From NCBI GenBank assembly GCA_965113315.1, contig OZ220370.1: 64,000 bases of DNA; one strand, written 5' to 3'. Position 1 is the first letter of the stretch; every line of letters begins with the position of its first letter. Shown here piece after piece: positions 1 to 12,132 of the stretch. The DNA is from Podarcis vaucheri. Lineage: Eukaryota. The notes under the pieces were generated by a model. It made no database searches, was not told the DNA's origin, and saw nothing but the letters and a program-made list of their open reading frames with translations. Made by a program: the position numbers and the translations under genes.

Positions 1-1084
1 ACAAGACATTTTGTTCTTTTTATGGGCTTCTCTTGAATCATCAAATCACATGTGTAATTTTGTATCAGGACCAACTTTTTGATATAAAGGCGAGCCACTT
101 AAAAATGGCAGGCAAAAGGAGACATTTGGCAGCCAAGTTTGGGTGTTACTCAGTTGATCCTAAGATAAATGTGAGTCATCAGTTGCTGCAACAGTGGACA
201 AATAGAGGTGGCAGCTTAACACAGGATGATGCTTTCTGACTGAACATGTTTTAAAATGCTTCTCAGATTTTGGCAGGAACTACGGGCAATCAATTTCTAA
301 AGTTATATCTACAATGGTAAATTAGCATTTACTGAATGGCCTGTTGTTGTTAAAATTTGTATACCACCCTTCATCTGAAAGATCACAAGTTGGTTTAATT
401 AAAACCACTCTGCAAAGAATAATGGAATATGATACCAAAGGCATGAAAAGCAAACTAGTGGATTCCTGATATATTTGTTATTATCTCTTCTATGTAGCTG
501 AGAATTCACATAGAAAATGTTCTTCTCTCTAGCTTACTCCAGAATGTCAGCAGTTTTTTGTTTGTTGCAGCAAAACCCACAATGACTACCTTAGAGGTTT
601 ATTGTGGCATACAGGTTGTGTATTTTATTGCTTCAGTTGAGGCTATGTTCTTATCCCTATGCAAAGCATGGGTAGAGAGCGAATTTCCCCCTACCTCTCA
701 TCTCATAATTCAAGGTCTTCAAAGAAGTGGTCTGCATACAGTTCAAGGCTGACATAAGAAAATACTTCTGTACAAAGTTCATAATTAACTCAGCATCCTA
801 AGATGTGATGAGATTGCTTTATGAAAAATGGTTGAACCTACATAGATGAAGGCAGTATACCTCAAAGGAACAGCTGGTGCCTTTCATTTCTATGCCTTGC
901 TTGACAGCTTGCAGAGGTCTTTGCTTTCTGATATTAACAGCAGAATGCTGATATAGATGGATTTTGCTTTGATTCAGCAAGGCAACTCTTGATCTTAGGT
1001 ACCCCAAGTGACTTGTGAATGTTCCAGGGAAATGAACATTTTTATTATGAATTATTATTATGCACACAGGTGTAAAACAAGATA

Positions 1085-1500
1085 CCGTATTTTTCCGTGT
1101 ATTGGACGAGGGTTTTTGACTCAAAAATCACTTCAGAAAACTGAGGTCGTCCAATACATGGATAGTAGCATGGCAGCGGGGAGAAGGGTGGTGTAACGCC
1201 AGCCATTCGGTGGGCTGGAGAGCGGCTTCCCCCGATGCTGCAGCGAGCGGGGAGCGATCTGGGGGGTGTTTACTGCCCACAGATGCGTGGTGGGGAGAAG
1301 CAGCGTGCTGCCAGCCAGCTCTTTGACGGGGGCGCAAATTCACCCAATGCCGTTGCGTGTGGGAAATGATCTAGGGAGTGTTTTCTGCCCACAGCTGCGT
1401 GGGGGAAGAGGCTGAACAACTTTGGGCCATCTCCCCTCATTTTCTTAAACGGAGGTGTGTGTCTTATACAAGGGGACGTCTTATAGACAGAAAAGTACAG
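1085..1500. mobile_element. Non-autonomous Tc1/mariner-pogo-type MITE
   Basis: Imperfect TIRs (CCGTATTTTTCCGTGTATTGGACG ... CGTCTTATAGACAGAAAAGTACAG) flanked by TA on both sides. The ends are related to those of the copy at 13819-14077. Confidence 0.75.
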
Positions 1501-2456
1501 TAACTTGGTCAGCGATAAACTAGAAAATTGAAAAAGCCACCAGGTGATTCTGAAACTATTGTAGTCATTAGTTGGGTAATAGCCTAATCCTATACATGTT
1601 TACTTGGAAGTAAGGGTGAAAATAGACACAATGGTGTTCAATTTGTAAACAGCTGCTGGGGGCAGTGATCTGGATCAGGACCACAACAGGAGCAAAGGCT
1701 TGAATCTTCTCTCTCTCCCAGCCCCGGTATGGATTGGGCTTTCCTATACTTGTTATTTAGTAAACAAGAAACAATCATGAACATGCCATTGTCGTTCTCT
1801 CCACAAGTGCAACGGATTTTACTCCCAACAGCAAATGTCCACAGGATTGCAACCTTACAGCCCTGTTTTGTAAAGTTCAATGTACTTATCGACATACAGC
1901 CTGTGCAGAATCTATGCAGGATTTGGCTGTTAACCACTTAAAGCTAGCTATAATGCACTTTACATATAAGCTATTGAGAGAGGTTTTGTCAATCGTGGGC
2001 CTAAGAACTATGGTCTTAGCCCACAAAAGGCAAGAGGGCAAAGGATGTGATGATACTACTTCATATGAACAGGTTTTTGGCTGGTAGTTGATGTGACTGA
2101 CTTTTGCTGTGCTCTGAGTTGCATTTTGTGTGGGATGTATATGACTATAAATCCAATCCAACCTTCAGCAGAAAATGATGGGGCAGGACAGTGGTGAGAT
2201 GAATGATATATACTGCATCATTTTAAGGCAACGTTAAACCATGTGCTGAGCCTCAAAGTATGCATGGTGGTTTGGTCTGAAGATTTTGTTTTGTTAGGGA
2301 AATGCGGTCAAAGGACTAAAAGTTGATTGCAGGAAAGAGACTTAGGAGGAAGGAGTGATTAACATTCTCCCTTCTAATTCTTTTTGTAATCAAAATCGCC
2401 CCCCTCCCACAGCACTCCCCCTATTGTCTCATGTGGTGGGGGGAAGAAGTTAGTGT

Positions 2457-2760
2457 CATACCCTCCAATATACCTCTGATGAAAATAGGGACGTCCTATT
2501 TAATATTCTTTCCATATTCTGTGGGTCATTAGACTAAAATCAGTCATGTTAAAAGGTCTGTGTGGGTGTGCAGCAAATATCCTTTGGAAACATATGCTTG
2601 AGGAATATCCCAAATCTGATGCAACAACAAAACAACAACAAAACAACAACAACAATTGACTGGGTTGCCCTAGCAACTCTGGCGGCTTCCAATATATATA
2701 AAAACATATACAACATAAAAAATACTTCACTATGCAGGGCTGCCTTCAGATATCTTCTAA
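2457..2760 (+). repeat. Interspersed repeat copy (same family as 13755-14180 and 45460-45738), interrupted by a 118-bp insert
   Basis: Shares ATACCCTCCAA...GATGAAAATAGGGACGTCC and CTGGGTTGCCC...GGCTTCCAATATATATAAAAAC...GCCTTCAGAT with the other two copies. Confidence 0.65.
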
Positions 2761-3661
2761 AGGTTGTATAAATGGGTGGCCATATTTCAAGAGGTAAAAA
2801 TCCGGACCCAAAAAGTTGTTGAGCATTTTACGGCAATAACCAGATAGCCTCTCCCCCTTCGCAGAGCCTAAGCCACCCATGCCAGAGCCAGAACCCCATT
2901 CAGTGAGGACTAGAGACTTGTTTCTTTATTTTAAATTGAAATTTGGGAAACATGGCCAGTTAAGGATTCAAACAGACAATGGGTGGCATGTCTAGAATCC
3001 AGGAAAACCTGACAGATAAGGCTACAGAGACAACCTTATTTTGACTTCAGTCGGAGAGATTAAACATACGCTTACCTTTCCCATCCAAAGTGCTTAATTT
3101 TTTCTAAGACTGTTTCTACTGCATATTACTGTGTCTTTAGAATTCATTCAAAATTTTGGTTTTATCATTTCCTTCTAAATAATCTTGAGGTTGTTAAAAT
3201 TTGCCTGTGTGGCCAAAAAGCTGTTCATAAATCACAAAAATATTAATAAAATAGATATGATTGACACTATTTTTAGAAAGAAGACAATGAAAATCCACTT
3301 TAAATTGTGAAAGAAATGTCATTTGTGAGTGCTGAGGTGGGGGCTCATGTCTCCATAGGAAAAAGCAAAGGCAAAGATCCCTTGCAGCGCAGAAAATAGT
3401 GCGCTCCTCCCTGCTACCAGCTGCATATATAGGGAGAAGCTGTACGTAGGTAGATGCTTGCTTGTCACCCAGGAGGCTCTCTCTCACACAATCCAGAGAG
3501 ACTAGGTAAGAAGTCAAGAGCTAATCATGAATAGATTTGCATGGTTGCATCAGATTTGGGATATTCCTCAAGCATATGTTTCCAAAGGATATTTGCTGCA
3601 CACCCACACAGACCTTTTAACATGACTGATTTTAGTCTAATGACCCATAGAATATGGAAAG
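2508..3661. repeat. 118-bp near-perfect inverted repeat pair (2508-2625 / 3544-3661)
   Basis: 2508-2625 equals the reverse complement of 3544-3661 with one mismatch. The spacer is about 920 bp. Confidence 0.92.
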
Positions 3662-3807
3662 ATATTTTAGCCTGTGGTGTTTTCCTGATATAAATTTCCT
3701 CCCCGGCTAGCAACTTGTTATATTTTCAGTAGCTGTTCCTCCATTACTTCTTTGCCTTCTATGCAGCCTGATACATTTGCACAAGGCAAAGGTCCATTCA
3801 AGACTGT

Positions 3808-3810
<3 letters not shown>

Positions 3811-3846
<36 letters not shown>
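3811..3846. repeat. (AC)n microsatellite
   Basis: Direct dinucleotide run. Confidence 0.95.
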
Positions 3847-3849
<3 letters not shown>

Positions 3850-5512
3850 CTATTTCTCAATTAAGACTGAAATAAATTGCAGTCAGAGATCAACACTATG
3901 TGCCTCATTCAGAAACATAAAAAGTAGCCTGATGAAGAATTTGGCTCAGTTCAAAGGTTTGTGAGCAGCACTGGTGGAATTATTGTTGTTCTTATATTAG
4001 TAATTTACAATATGAAAACAGCACCAAAAAAATAGAATAAATAATCCAAGTCACAGCAGCAGCAGCAACCTGTCATAATGCAGACAATAAAACCCCTCAG
4101 CATAAGCCACAGCTCCTGCAATAAGCATAGTCATAAAAACAATGCAAAAGTAAGAGCAATGGCCAATAAAAGCAGAGAGTGTGCGTGGCATTAAGGCTGC
4201 TAACCAAAACTGCAGTGCCAGCTGCCAACAAAGGCCTTTTGGAACAAATATATATGGGGCACTCATGAAGGTAGCATGTGGGCTTCCTTGGTAAGGGGTT
4301 CAATAGGATAGGTGCCCCACAGTGGTGCTTTAAAGACCTAGCATTTATCTTGCAAGCAAACAGTGCCTAGGGCAACTGAGACAGAACTGAAGGGCCTCAT
4401 TCCTTTTCAGGAGACAAGCCACATGGTTCTGCTGTGGCTTTAAGGATAGGCCTGCATAGAACTCGCTGCAGTGGTGATGGGAATCAGATGCTTAGGGTTT
4501 GCTCGCAGTGTGATAGGAGTGTGACTGGTTGTCACCAATAAATTTACTGGCCTAGGTCAGCGGGGGTGGGGTGGGGACATTTGGATCAGAGCCAGTAGCC
4601 AAGCTGCCAGTAACCAAAGAGGGGGAAAGCATGCTGTCATAATAAAGCAGTTCCAGGAAGGCAAGTTTGAGTAGAGCCATAAGGCCACAATAAAGATTTT
4701 TAGGTCTTGCTCCCATTCTGTGGCACTGATCCAAACTAGGAAAAGCAAAGTGTATGGGGTGATCCAATCACAGATCTCCCATTGAATTCTCAGTTTGGCT
4801 AGTCATATGCTATCACTATTGCTTGCTAATTTTTTCCATTGTTGTTGACCTTCAATTCAGAATCAACAGGCTGGGGTACATAGAAGCACATCCGCTGCAA
4901 AAAGTCTTATCTGGTGGCCTTGTGGGGGGAAAGTAACATTTTTGCCTTGTCATGGAACTTGGATAGCCAAGCTGTTAGCATTAACATTTCCTCTGTGCTG
5001 AATATTTACCCCCTGCTGCACCATTCTGTTCTTTCCACGTGCTTTCTGTGCGCTCTCTCTTGTATTATGCTGGGTGTACATTCCATCCTTTTAAGTGTAT
5101 GCCACCTTGGGGGTTCTTATTTGGGTCAGAAGGTGGACAGTTTTTTGTTTGTTGTTTAAAGCAGAAGAGAGTGAGAAAATGTTTAAAAAGGGAGAAGATG
5201 TGAAAATAACAGTCATTCTGGTACTGTCCAGTGTGGTGTGGAATGCCCACAGACACAAGCTCTTTTACACCATTAACATGGTGCAGCCTCAATTGATTTT
5301 CAGACTTTATATCTTTGAACTGTCCATCCTTCGATGTGCCTTATGAAATTGCTGCACTTCAAATAATCTGTCTTTCAGCTCCATTTTCTGCGCTATTAAT
5401 GTTTATAAAGAAGCTTCTCCATTCCTGTATTTAGCATTGGCATTAACGCCTATGCCATTTTCTGGCCATTTAATTTTGTTCTTTAGAAGCTAGGCCTTTG
5501 GTGGGAAATTCT

Positions 5513-5740
5513 TTTTTATATATATAAGATATTTATTAAGATTTTCAAAAGATTACAAAATAGTAAGAAAAAAAGGGGGGAAAGAAAAAAAGAAAAATAC
5601 AAAAAATAAAAATAGCTAAAAACAATTCAGTCTTTCCATCACATGTTTTTCATTTACTTATTTCCCGGACCTCCTCACGCCTCCCTTTTCTGTATTCCAG
5701 TTCAAATTGTTAATTCAGCAAACCCCTCCCCTCTTCATTC
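5513..5740 (-). mobile_element. 5'-truncated non-LTR retroposon (L1-like 3' end) with 14-bp TSD
   Basis: TGGTGGGAAATTCT is duplicated at 5499-5512 and 5741-5754. A T-rich tail and TTTATT (AATAAA on the minus strand) sit at the left end. Confidence 0.7.
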
Positions 5741-5979
5741 TGGTGGGAAATTCTGTCAAAGTGGGATTTGGAAGAGTATCGCATTAAGCAAGTACAAACT
5801 TGCTTTCTTTGAGGCTATAAAAAAGCATCCCTGAATAGACATTTAATCTGACCAAAGTACAACTTTCCTGGTTTTCCTGCTGGTGGATAGGAAGAAATAT
5901 GGGATCTTTGGTGCTTTTTATATAGAAGGTCCTCAATTCGTATTCCTCCCACTGCCAGCTAAAGAGGTTGTTGTGGCTC

Positions 5980-6040
5980 CTGCTTTGCAGGGGGTTGGAC
6001 TAGATGACCATTTGGGTCCCCTCCAGCTCTACAATTCTTA
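5980..6040 (+). mobile_element. CR1-type 3' tail fragment (CR1 LINE or CR1-dependent SINE)
   Basis: GCAGGGGGTTGGACTAGATGACC...CCCTCCAGCTCTACAATTCT matches the tails at 41730-41802 and 45210-45258. Confidence 0.65.
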
Positions 6041-6464
6041 GAGGTCTTACACTTGCTGTCTGTTGGAGTAGTCAATGATGGGCTAATGGTCTGATACACT
6101 GTCAGCCAGTTTTACATATTCCAGCAATTATTTAACTGATAGGCACTCTACTGTTGCATAATGGAAACAGCTACCTGTGATCATAAATGGGATGTATATA
6201 ATATTTCCAATACCAGCTGCTAAGAACTCCCATTGGCAGGGAAGCAGGATAGGAAGGTGATCAGTTGCCTTGAGTGCTGGCCAGTTGAACAGGGTGGGTA
6301 GAGATGCAGGAGTGAGCAGGTAGGAGCAAGCAGGAGCAAGAGCAATGCTTCAAGACTGTTGCTCAACCCGTTGGAGGGTAAATCTATGATTTAGCTGCAG
6401 CTGAAGAAGGGAAGGGTTCAACTTAAGCACTGCTCCATCCTAGAAATTGTTGTACATCAGTGTA

Positions 6465-6706
6465 CAGTGGTACCTCGGGTTACATACGCTTCAGGATACA
6501 GACGCTTCAGGTTACAGACTCCGCTAACCCAGAAATAGTACCTCGGGTTAAGAACTTTGCTTCAGGATGAGGACAGAAATTGTGCTCTGGTGGCGCAGCA
6601 GCAGCAGGAGGCCCCATTAGCTAAAGTGGTGCTTCAGGTTAAGAACAGTTTCGGGTTAAGAACGGACCTCCAGAACGAATTAAGTTATTAACCCAAGGTA
6701 ACACTG
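6465..6706 (+). mobile_element. Tc1/mariner (Tigger-like) MITE
   Basis: TIR CAGTGGTACCTCGGGTTA ... TAACCCAAGGTAACACTG with TA TSD. A near-identical inverted copy is at 50942-51175. Confidence 0.88.
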
Positions 6707-8121
6707 TACCTCCCAACACTGTTTAATGGTTTGCATCATATAACACCAAATTTGCATCCTTTTTACTTCAGGTTCATTCATCTGGAATAACTACTATTCC
6801 TGTCCCATAGTCACAAACCTAGACTGAAGCTACTTGTTCTATCAGCAACACAGGGAAAGAAAAGGAAGTATCCTGAGATTTGGCTCTTCTGACCCCACTT
6901 GTCTGAGAAGAACAGCTCTCTGTCTACTTACAGTCTCTAGCTGGTGCAGCTTGGCTGCCCCAGTCTTCACAGTGTCCAGACTCAGAGCAGAAATGTGGAA
7001 GTGGTTGCTCATATCAGAAGCAGCCTCCTCTTCCTTTCATTAACTCCCCTGTACTCTGTGGGATGGTGCAATGCTGGAGATTGGAGCCAATCCTCCCCAT
7101 TGTGCCATCTAGATCAAGAGGAAGGGTAAGCAAGCAAGTACAGGCCCCCACCAGAGGTGGCCCATCTCAGTTTGCCCCTACATATGTGCCACCTGCTGCC
7201 CCCACCCAAGGCTCACTTATGGGGTTGCGTAGCTGTGGCTTCTGGGTTCCAGCCAGGGGCGGACTTTGATAATATGGTGCCCTGAGCAAGTACAAAATTT
7301 GGGGGGTGTCTCTCCACCCCACCCCCAAGAAAAAAATATTTCTTATCTTCACAATAATTCCTTTTTGTATTTTTTTACTGATCTTCTTAGTAGGAACCCA
7401 TATAAATAAATAGAGAACTGCTTGCACTGCCCTAATCTGGCACTGCTCTAGTGAGAGCCCCATGAGAAGGCCTCCGGAGGCCTCTGTGGGCTCTTGCGAT
7501 ACCTCACTGGAACTTGGAAGACACTGCCGCCACTTCTCCTAACTACTCTGGTGGCAACGGGGGGGGGGGGGCGTCTCTTCAGGGATTCCACCACCTGAGG
7601 TGACTTCTTTAGACTGTCTCATGCCCTGGCTCCCACTCATTCTCTTCTAGGGTGGGGTTTGCAGGTGAGCAAACTGAAGCAGCAGTGGCTTCTCCTTGTG
7701 ATGATCACTGGCCTAAACCTTCTTGCCATACTCCTAAGAGAGAGAGAGAGAGAGAGCTAAGCAAGCTTTGGTGCAGGGTAATGGTTGCTTCTGCACTTTG
7801 CCTGTGCTCTCCCTGTGGAGCCAAACCCCACCATCTATGGTGAGAGCAAAGGCAAGTGAGAGGAGCAGACACTACTTCCCCAGGTCCCCTCACCTTCTGT
7901 CTCTGGCCAGTGTAGCAGGGAGTTGAGAGCAAGCAGCAATTGTAAGTTTAGCTTAGCATCAATGATCTGTACTCTGATATCTTCCAGGTTCATAGGAGCC
8001 AACTCCTAGGGACTGAGGTCCCTTAGGCTCCCCTAAAATATTTGAGGGGACTGGGCCCCTCAAAGGCATTGTCATTGAAATGGTGTGTGTGTGCCATGTC
8101 TTGTGACTGATTGTGCTGTAC

Positions 8122-8530
8122 CAGGTTAGACTACTGTGATATAGTCTCTGTGGGGTTGCCTCTGAAATATGGCTTGGAAATTGCTGCGAGTTCAGAATGC
8201 AGCTGCTGGATCACCAACTGGGGTAGCTTATTAGGATAGTGTAACATTGGTGCTATATGCCCGTTGCATTGGCTCCCAATTTCTCAGCCCAAGTGCTGGC
8301 TTTGACTTTTAAAGCCTTTTCCAGCTTAGGACCCAGGATACTTTATGTGTCAGCCGAGACATTCAGAACTTCAACAGAACGTCTTCTGGGGGTGCCCCCA
8401 CAAACTGAAACAAGTCAGCTGCTCCCCAAAGAAAGGGCCTTCTCAGTGGTGGTGCCTCAGTTGTGAAGTGCAATCTGTAGAGGGGTCCACTTGGTACCTA
8501 TTTTGTCATCCTTCCAGCACCAGGTAGACT
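8122..8530 (+). mobile_element. Degenerate L2-clade LINE ORF2 3' fragment
   Basis: Frameshifted remnants RLDYC, VQNAAA, LHWLP and VLALTFKA..LGP, typical of the C-terminal part of L2/CR1-group RTs. Confidence 0.65.
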
Positions 8531-8781
8531 TTTCCATTTCCCCAGCCCTTTTAGAGCTGATTTTAGCCCTGTGGATTCTTTGCTTGCTTGCATAAGATCC
8601 CTGGCTTTTATTACTGTTCTGCTGTATATTGCCTGTACTTTAATCCATGCACACGCACACACAAACTATCCTGGGGGTTTCCAATGAAGGTTAGTATAGA
8701 AATTCCTGTAACAAAATCATAATAAAATAACCTGCCCTCTTCCTGCTCACCCCTTTCCTTTTGAGCAGCAGATTGGGGAGC

Positions 8782-8908
8782 CAGTGGCGTAGCGTGGGTT
8801 GTCAGCACCCGGGGCAAGGCAAGTAATTTGCGCCCCCTAACCCTAACCCCCAGATGTTGCGCCCGGTGAGGCCGGCCCCCCTGCACCCCAACCCACGCTA
8901 CGCCACTG
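8782..8908. mobile_element. hAT-type MITE with 8-bp TSD
   Basis: Perfect TIR CAGTGGCGTAGCGTGGG ... CCCACGCTACGCCACTG. TSD TGGGGAGC at 8774-8781 and 8909-8916. Confidence 0.9.
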
Positions 8909-8929
8909 TGGGGAGCAGAGGGAGAGGGC

Positions 8930-10400
8930 AAGCTTACACCGCCTTGGGGGGCTTGCGGGTTCTCCCTGAGCAGTGCCGTGCATGGGGAGCACTGGGCTGC
9001 CCCACAGAGCCGCCACGCCGGGAGAGCGTAAGCGAGGGAGCCAGAGGCGGAGGCACCGGAGGCAGGCAGGCAGGCAGGCATCTCTCTCCCGATCCCTCGG
9101 AAGCGTCCGGGGTCCAGCCCTTCCTCCACGCTCCCCAGCGAGAACAATGAGCCCTCGCTGCCTCCTCGGTCCGCGCTTCCCTTCGCTCCTTCTCGCGGCG
9201 GCGGAGCGGGGAGGGCTGTGCAGCCTAGGGGGCAGCCTCCGCAAGCCTTTCACCGAGGAACACCCCCGCCCCACCCCACCCCCCAAAAAAGAAGTCAGCG
9301 GGCCCCGCCGGCCCAGCTTGGATGGAGCCGTGCGCCTCGTGCCTCGGAGTCCCGGCGGCGAGCCGGGGAGGCGGAGCGGGAGCGGCCTCTCCTGCAGTTA
9401 ATGGTCGCGACTCTGCGCGCCGCTGTTGACCCGGCGATGCTGGCGGCGAAGCAGCGCGAAGTGGGACGCTGCCGCCGCCGCCGCCGCGAGTTGAGCGCCA
9501 GCAACAGACGGAGCGCAGTCCCGCCGCCGGAGCGCCGCGCCGCCGAGCAATGCCCGACCCCCAAAGTCCGCGCGAGGCGAGCCTGGAGCGGGCAGGGTCG
9601 CGGCCGCATGGAAGGGACGGCTGAAAACTTTTAGAGGGACCTCCCCGCCGCTCCCGCAAAAAGAAAGAAACTTTGCGAGGCCGGGAGATGAGAGGCGCCG
9701 CGGGAAGGAGCCGGCCGAGAGCGCGATGGCTGCCCGTCGTGGGCTTCTGGCTGTGGCTGGGCGTCTCGGAGCGGGCGCTCGCCGCCACGCGCTACGCCAT
9801 CCCCGAGGAGATGCCCAGGGGCTCCTCGGTGGGCAACGTGGTGGGCGACCTGGGCCTGGATCTCGCCCAGCTGCCCGCCAGGAACCTCCGCGTGGTGTCG
9901 GGCGGCGGACGAAAGTACTTCGAGGTGGACCTGGGCAGCGGGAAGTTGCTGGTGAGCGAGCGCATCGACCGCGAGGAACTTTGCGGGGCCCTCTCGCCGT
10001 GCGCGCTGAGCCTGGAGGTGGTGGCCGAGAGCCCGCTGGTGCTGTACGGCGTGACGGTGGAGATCCAGGACGTCAACGACAACGACCCGGCTTTCCAGAG
10101 CAAGCAGATGAAGCTGGAGATCAGCGAGTCGGTGACCCCCGGAGCGCGTTTCCCCTTGGAGAGCGCGCAGGACCCCGACGTGGGAAGCAACTCTCTGCAG
10201 ACCTACCAGCTCAGCGCCAACCCGCACTTCGTGCTGGACGTGCAGACGCGAGGCGACGGGACGAAGTATGCGGAGCTGGTGCTGGAGAAAGAGCTGGACC
10301 GGGAGCAGCAGCGGGAAGTGCAGCTGCTTCTCACGGCGATGGATGGAGGGACCCCACCCCGATCGGCCAGCTTGCAGGTGCTGGTTGACGTCCTGGATGC
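8930..10400. promoter_or_regulatory. CpG island over the PCDHGC3 promoter and the 5' part of the exon
   Basis: Very high GC and CpG density that falls off at about 10.4 kb inside the exon. Confidence 0.85.
9409..9431 (+). promoter_or_regulatory. Pcdh conserved sequence element (CSE, CGCT box; CTCF site) of PCDHGC3
   Basis: GACTCTGCGCGCCGCTGTTGACC, about 270 bp upstream of the ATG, matches the gamma-type CSE pattern (ACTCTGNGCGCCGCTGTT). Confidence 0.75.
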
Positions 10401-12132
10401 AAATGACAACGCCCCTGTCTTCAACCAGTCCATCTACAGAGCCAGCGTGAAAGAAGACACACCCTTGAACACCCTGGTTGTCCAAACCAGAGCTTTCGAC
10501 CTGGATGAAGGTCCCAATGGGGAGATTGTGTACTCTTTCAGCAGTCACACCCCTGCCAGAATCCGACAGCTCTTTGCCCTAGACTCTGCCACTGGAGAAC
10601 TGAGGCTGAAGGGGTTGCTGGATTTTGAAGAAGCCAAATTTTATGAGATTTATATCCAGGCAAAAGATAAGGGTTCAAATCCTGGTGTCGCTCATTGCAA
10701 AGTGCTGGTAGAGATTGTGGATGTGAACGACAACACCCCAGAAATAACAGTGACGTCGGTGTACAGCCCAATACCAGAAGACGCGGCTCCAGGGACTGTG
10801 ATTGCCTTGCTGAGTGTCACGGATCAGGACTCTGGTGATAATGGCCTAGTAAATTGCTTTATACCTTCTGGGATCCCTTTTGCCCTCAGCTCTTCCCTTA
10901 AAAACTATTATACCTTACAGACCAAAGGACCCTTGGACAGGGAACTTGTTTCTGAGTACAACATCACCATCACAGCTCAGGATGCAGGCACACCCTCACT
11001 CATGGCAGAAAAGCAAATACTGGTTAAAGTATCTGATGTAAATGACAACCCTCCTAAATTTCCACAATCCTCCTATGATGTGTATGTGGAGGAAAACAAC
11101 CTTCCAGGGACCCTGATATTTAACATCAGTGCCTCTGACCCGGATCTGAACCGGAATTCCCACCTTTCCTACTCCATCCTGGATAGTCCCATGTCCTCGG
11201 GAGACTTGGCGGGCAGGTATTTTTCTATTAACCGGGAAAATGGCAGCATATATGTCCTAGTCCCCTTGGACCATGAGGGGACCATGGAGTTCAGGCTAGT
11301 GGTCCAGGTTCGTGATGCTGGCCTCCCGCCTCTCGCCACTAACATCACTGTCAATGTTTTTGTCACAGATCAGAATGACAATGCACCCAGGCTCTTATAC
11401 CCAAACTCAAACAACAGTTCTTCGCTCTCAGAAGTCATCTCACCCACAGTCAGCCCTGGTTACATGGTCACAAAAATTGTGGCCTGGGATGCAGATTCTG
11501 GTTACAATGCCTGGCTCTCGTATTCCTTCCTTCAGGTCACTGACCCAGGGCTGTTCACTGTGGGGCTGCATTCTGGGGAGATAAGCACAGCTCGTTCTCT
11601 GCAAGAGGAAGATTCTCGCAAGCAAACATTGCTCATCTTAATAAAAGACAATGGGGAGCCTGCCTTGTCTTCCACAGTGACCCTTGCTGTAGATGTAGCA
11701 GAGACATCTAGGGAGACACTGACAGATTTGACTGCTGTGTCCACTACACCCCAAACAAAGAAGCACTTGACTTTCTATTTAATCATTGCTGTCATCTTGA
11801 TCTCAGTGGCCTTCTTTGTCACCGTGGTTGGGGTGGGGATTTATAAATTTTACAAGTGGAGGCAATCCAAGGATATATTCAAAGCCTCCAGAAGCTCCCT
11901 TTATAGAACCCCGGGGCCTTTCAACCACATAGACACTGTGCGGAGTGGATTTACTCCTCCAAACTTCTACCAGCAGGTCCTCACCACGGACTCTCGCCAG
12001 AGTGAACTTCTGTACAAAATGCCCTTTGCTCCCAGCCCTATGGGGAGCCGCCAGAGCACTATCACAAGATGTGACCCTGCAATATATAACCAGCTAATAA
12101 GCACAAATAAGAGGCTTCTGGTGTCCTCTGAG
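9688..12132 (+). CDS. PCDHGC3: Protocadherin gamma-C3 variable exon (815 aa; splices to constant exons)
   Basis: Signal peptide, six EC repeats (DRE, DxNDN) and TM. gC3-diagnostic motifs EIYIQAKDKG, VTSVYSP, SSLKNYY, KFYKWRQSKD and SSLYRTPGP. Donor GAG|GTAATG at 12132/12133, phase 0. Confidence 0.93.

Noticed and set aside
1-8700. Possible gamma-A/B variable exons or relics upstream of gC3
   Set aside because: No cadherin motifs were found by eye. The region is repeat-rich spacer, although very decayed relics cannot be excluded.
9631-10548. 305-aa antisense ORF and other overlapping ORFs within Pcdh exons
   Set aside because: They are expected shadows of GC3-rich codon usage in the CpG island and show no recognisable domain.
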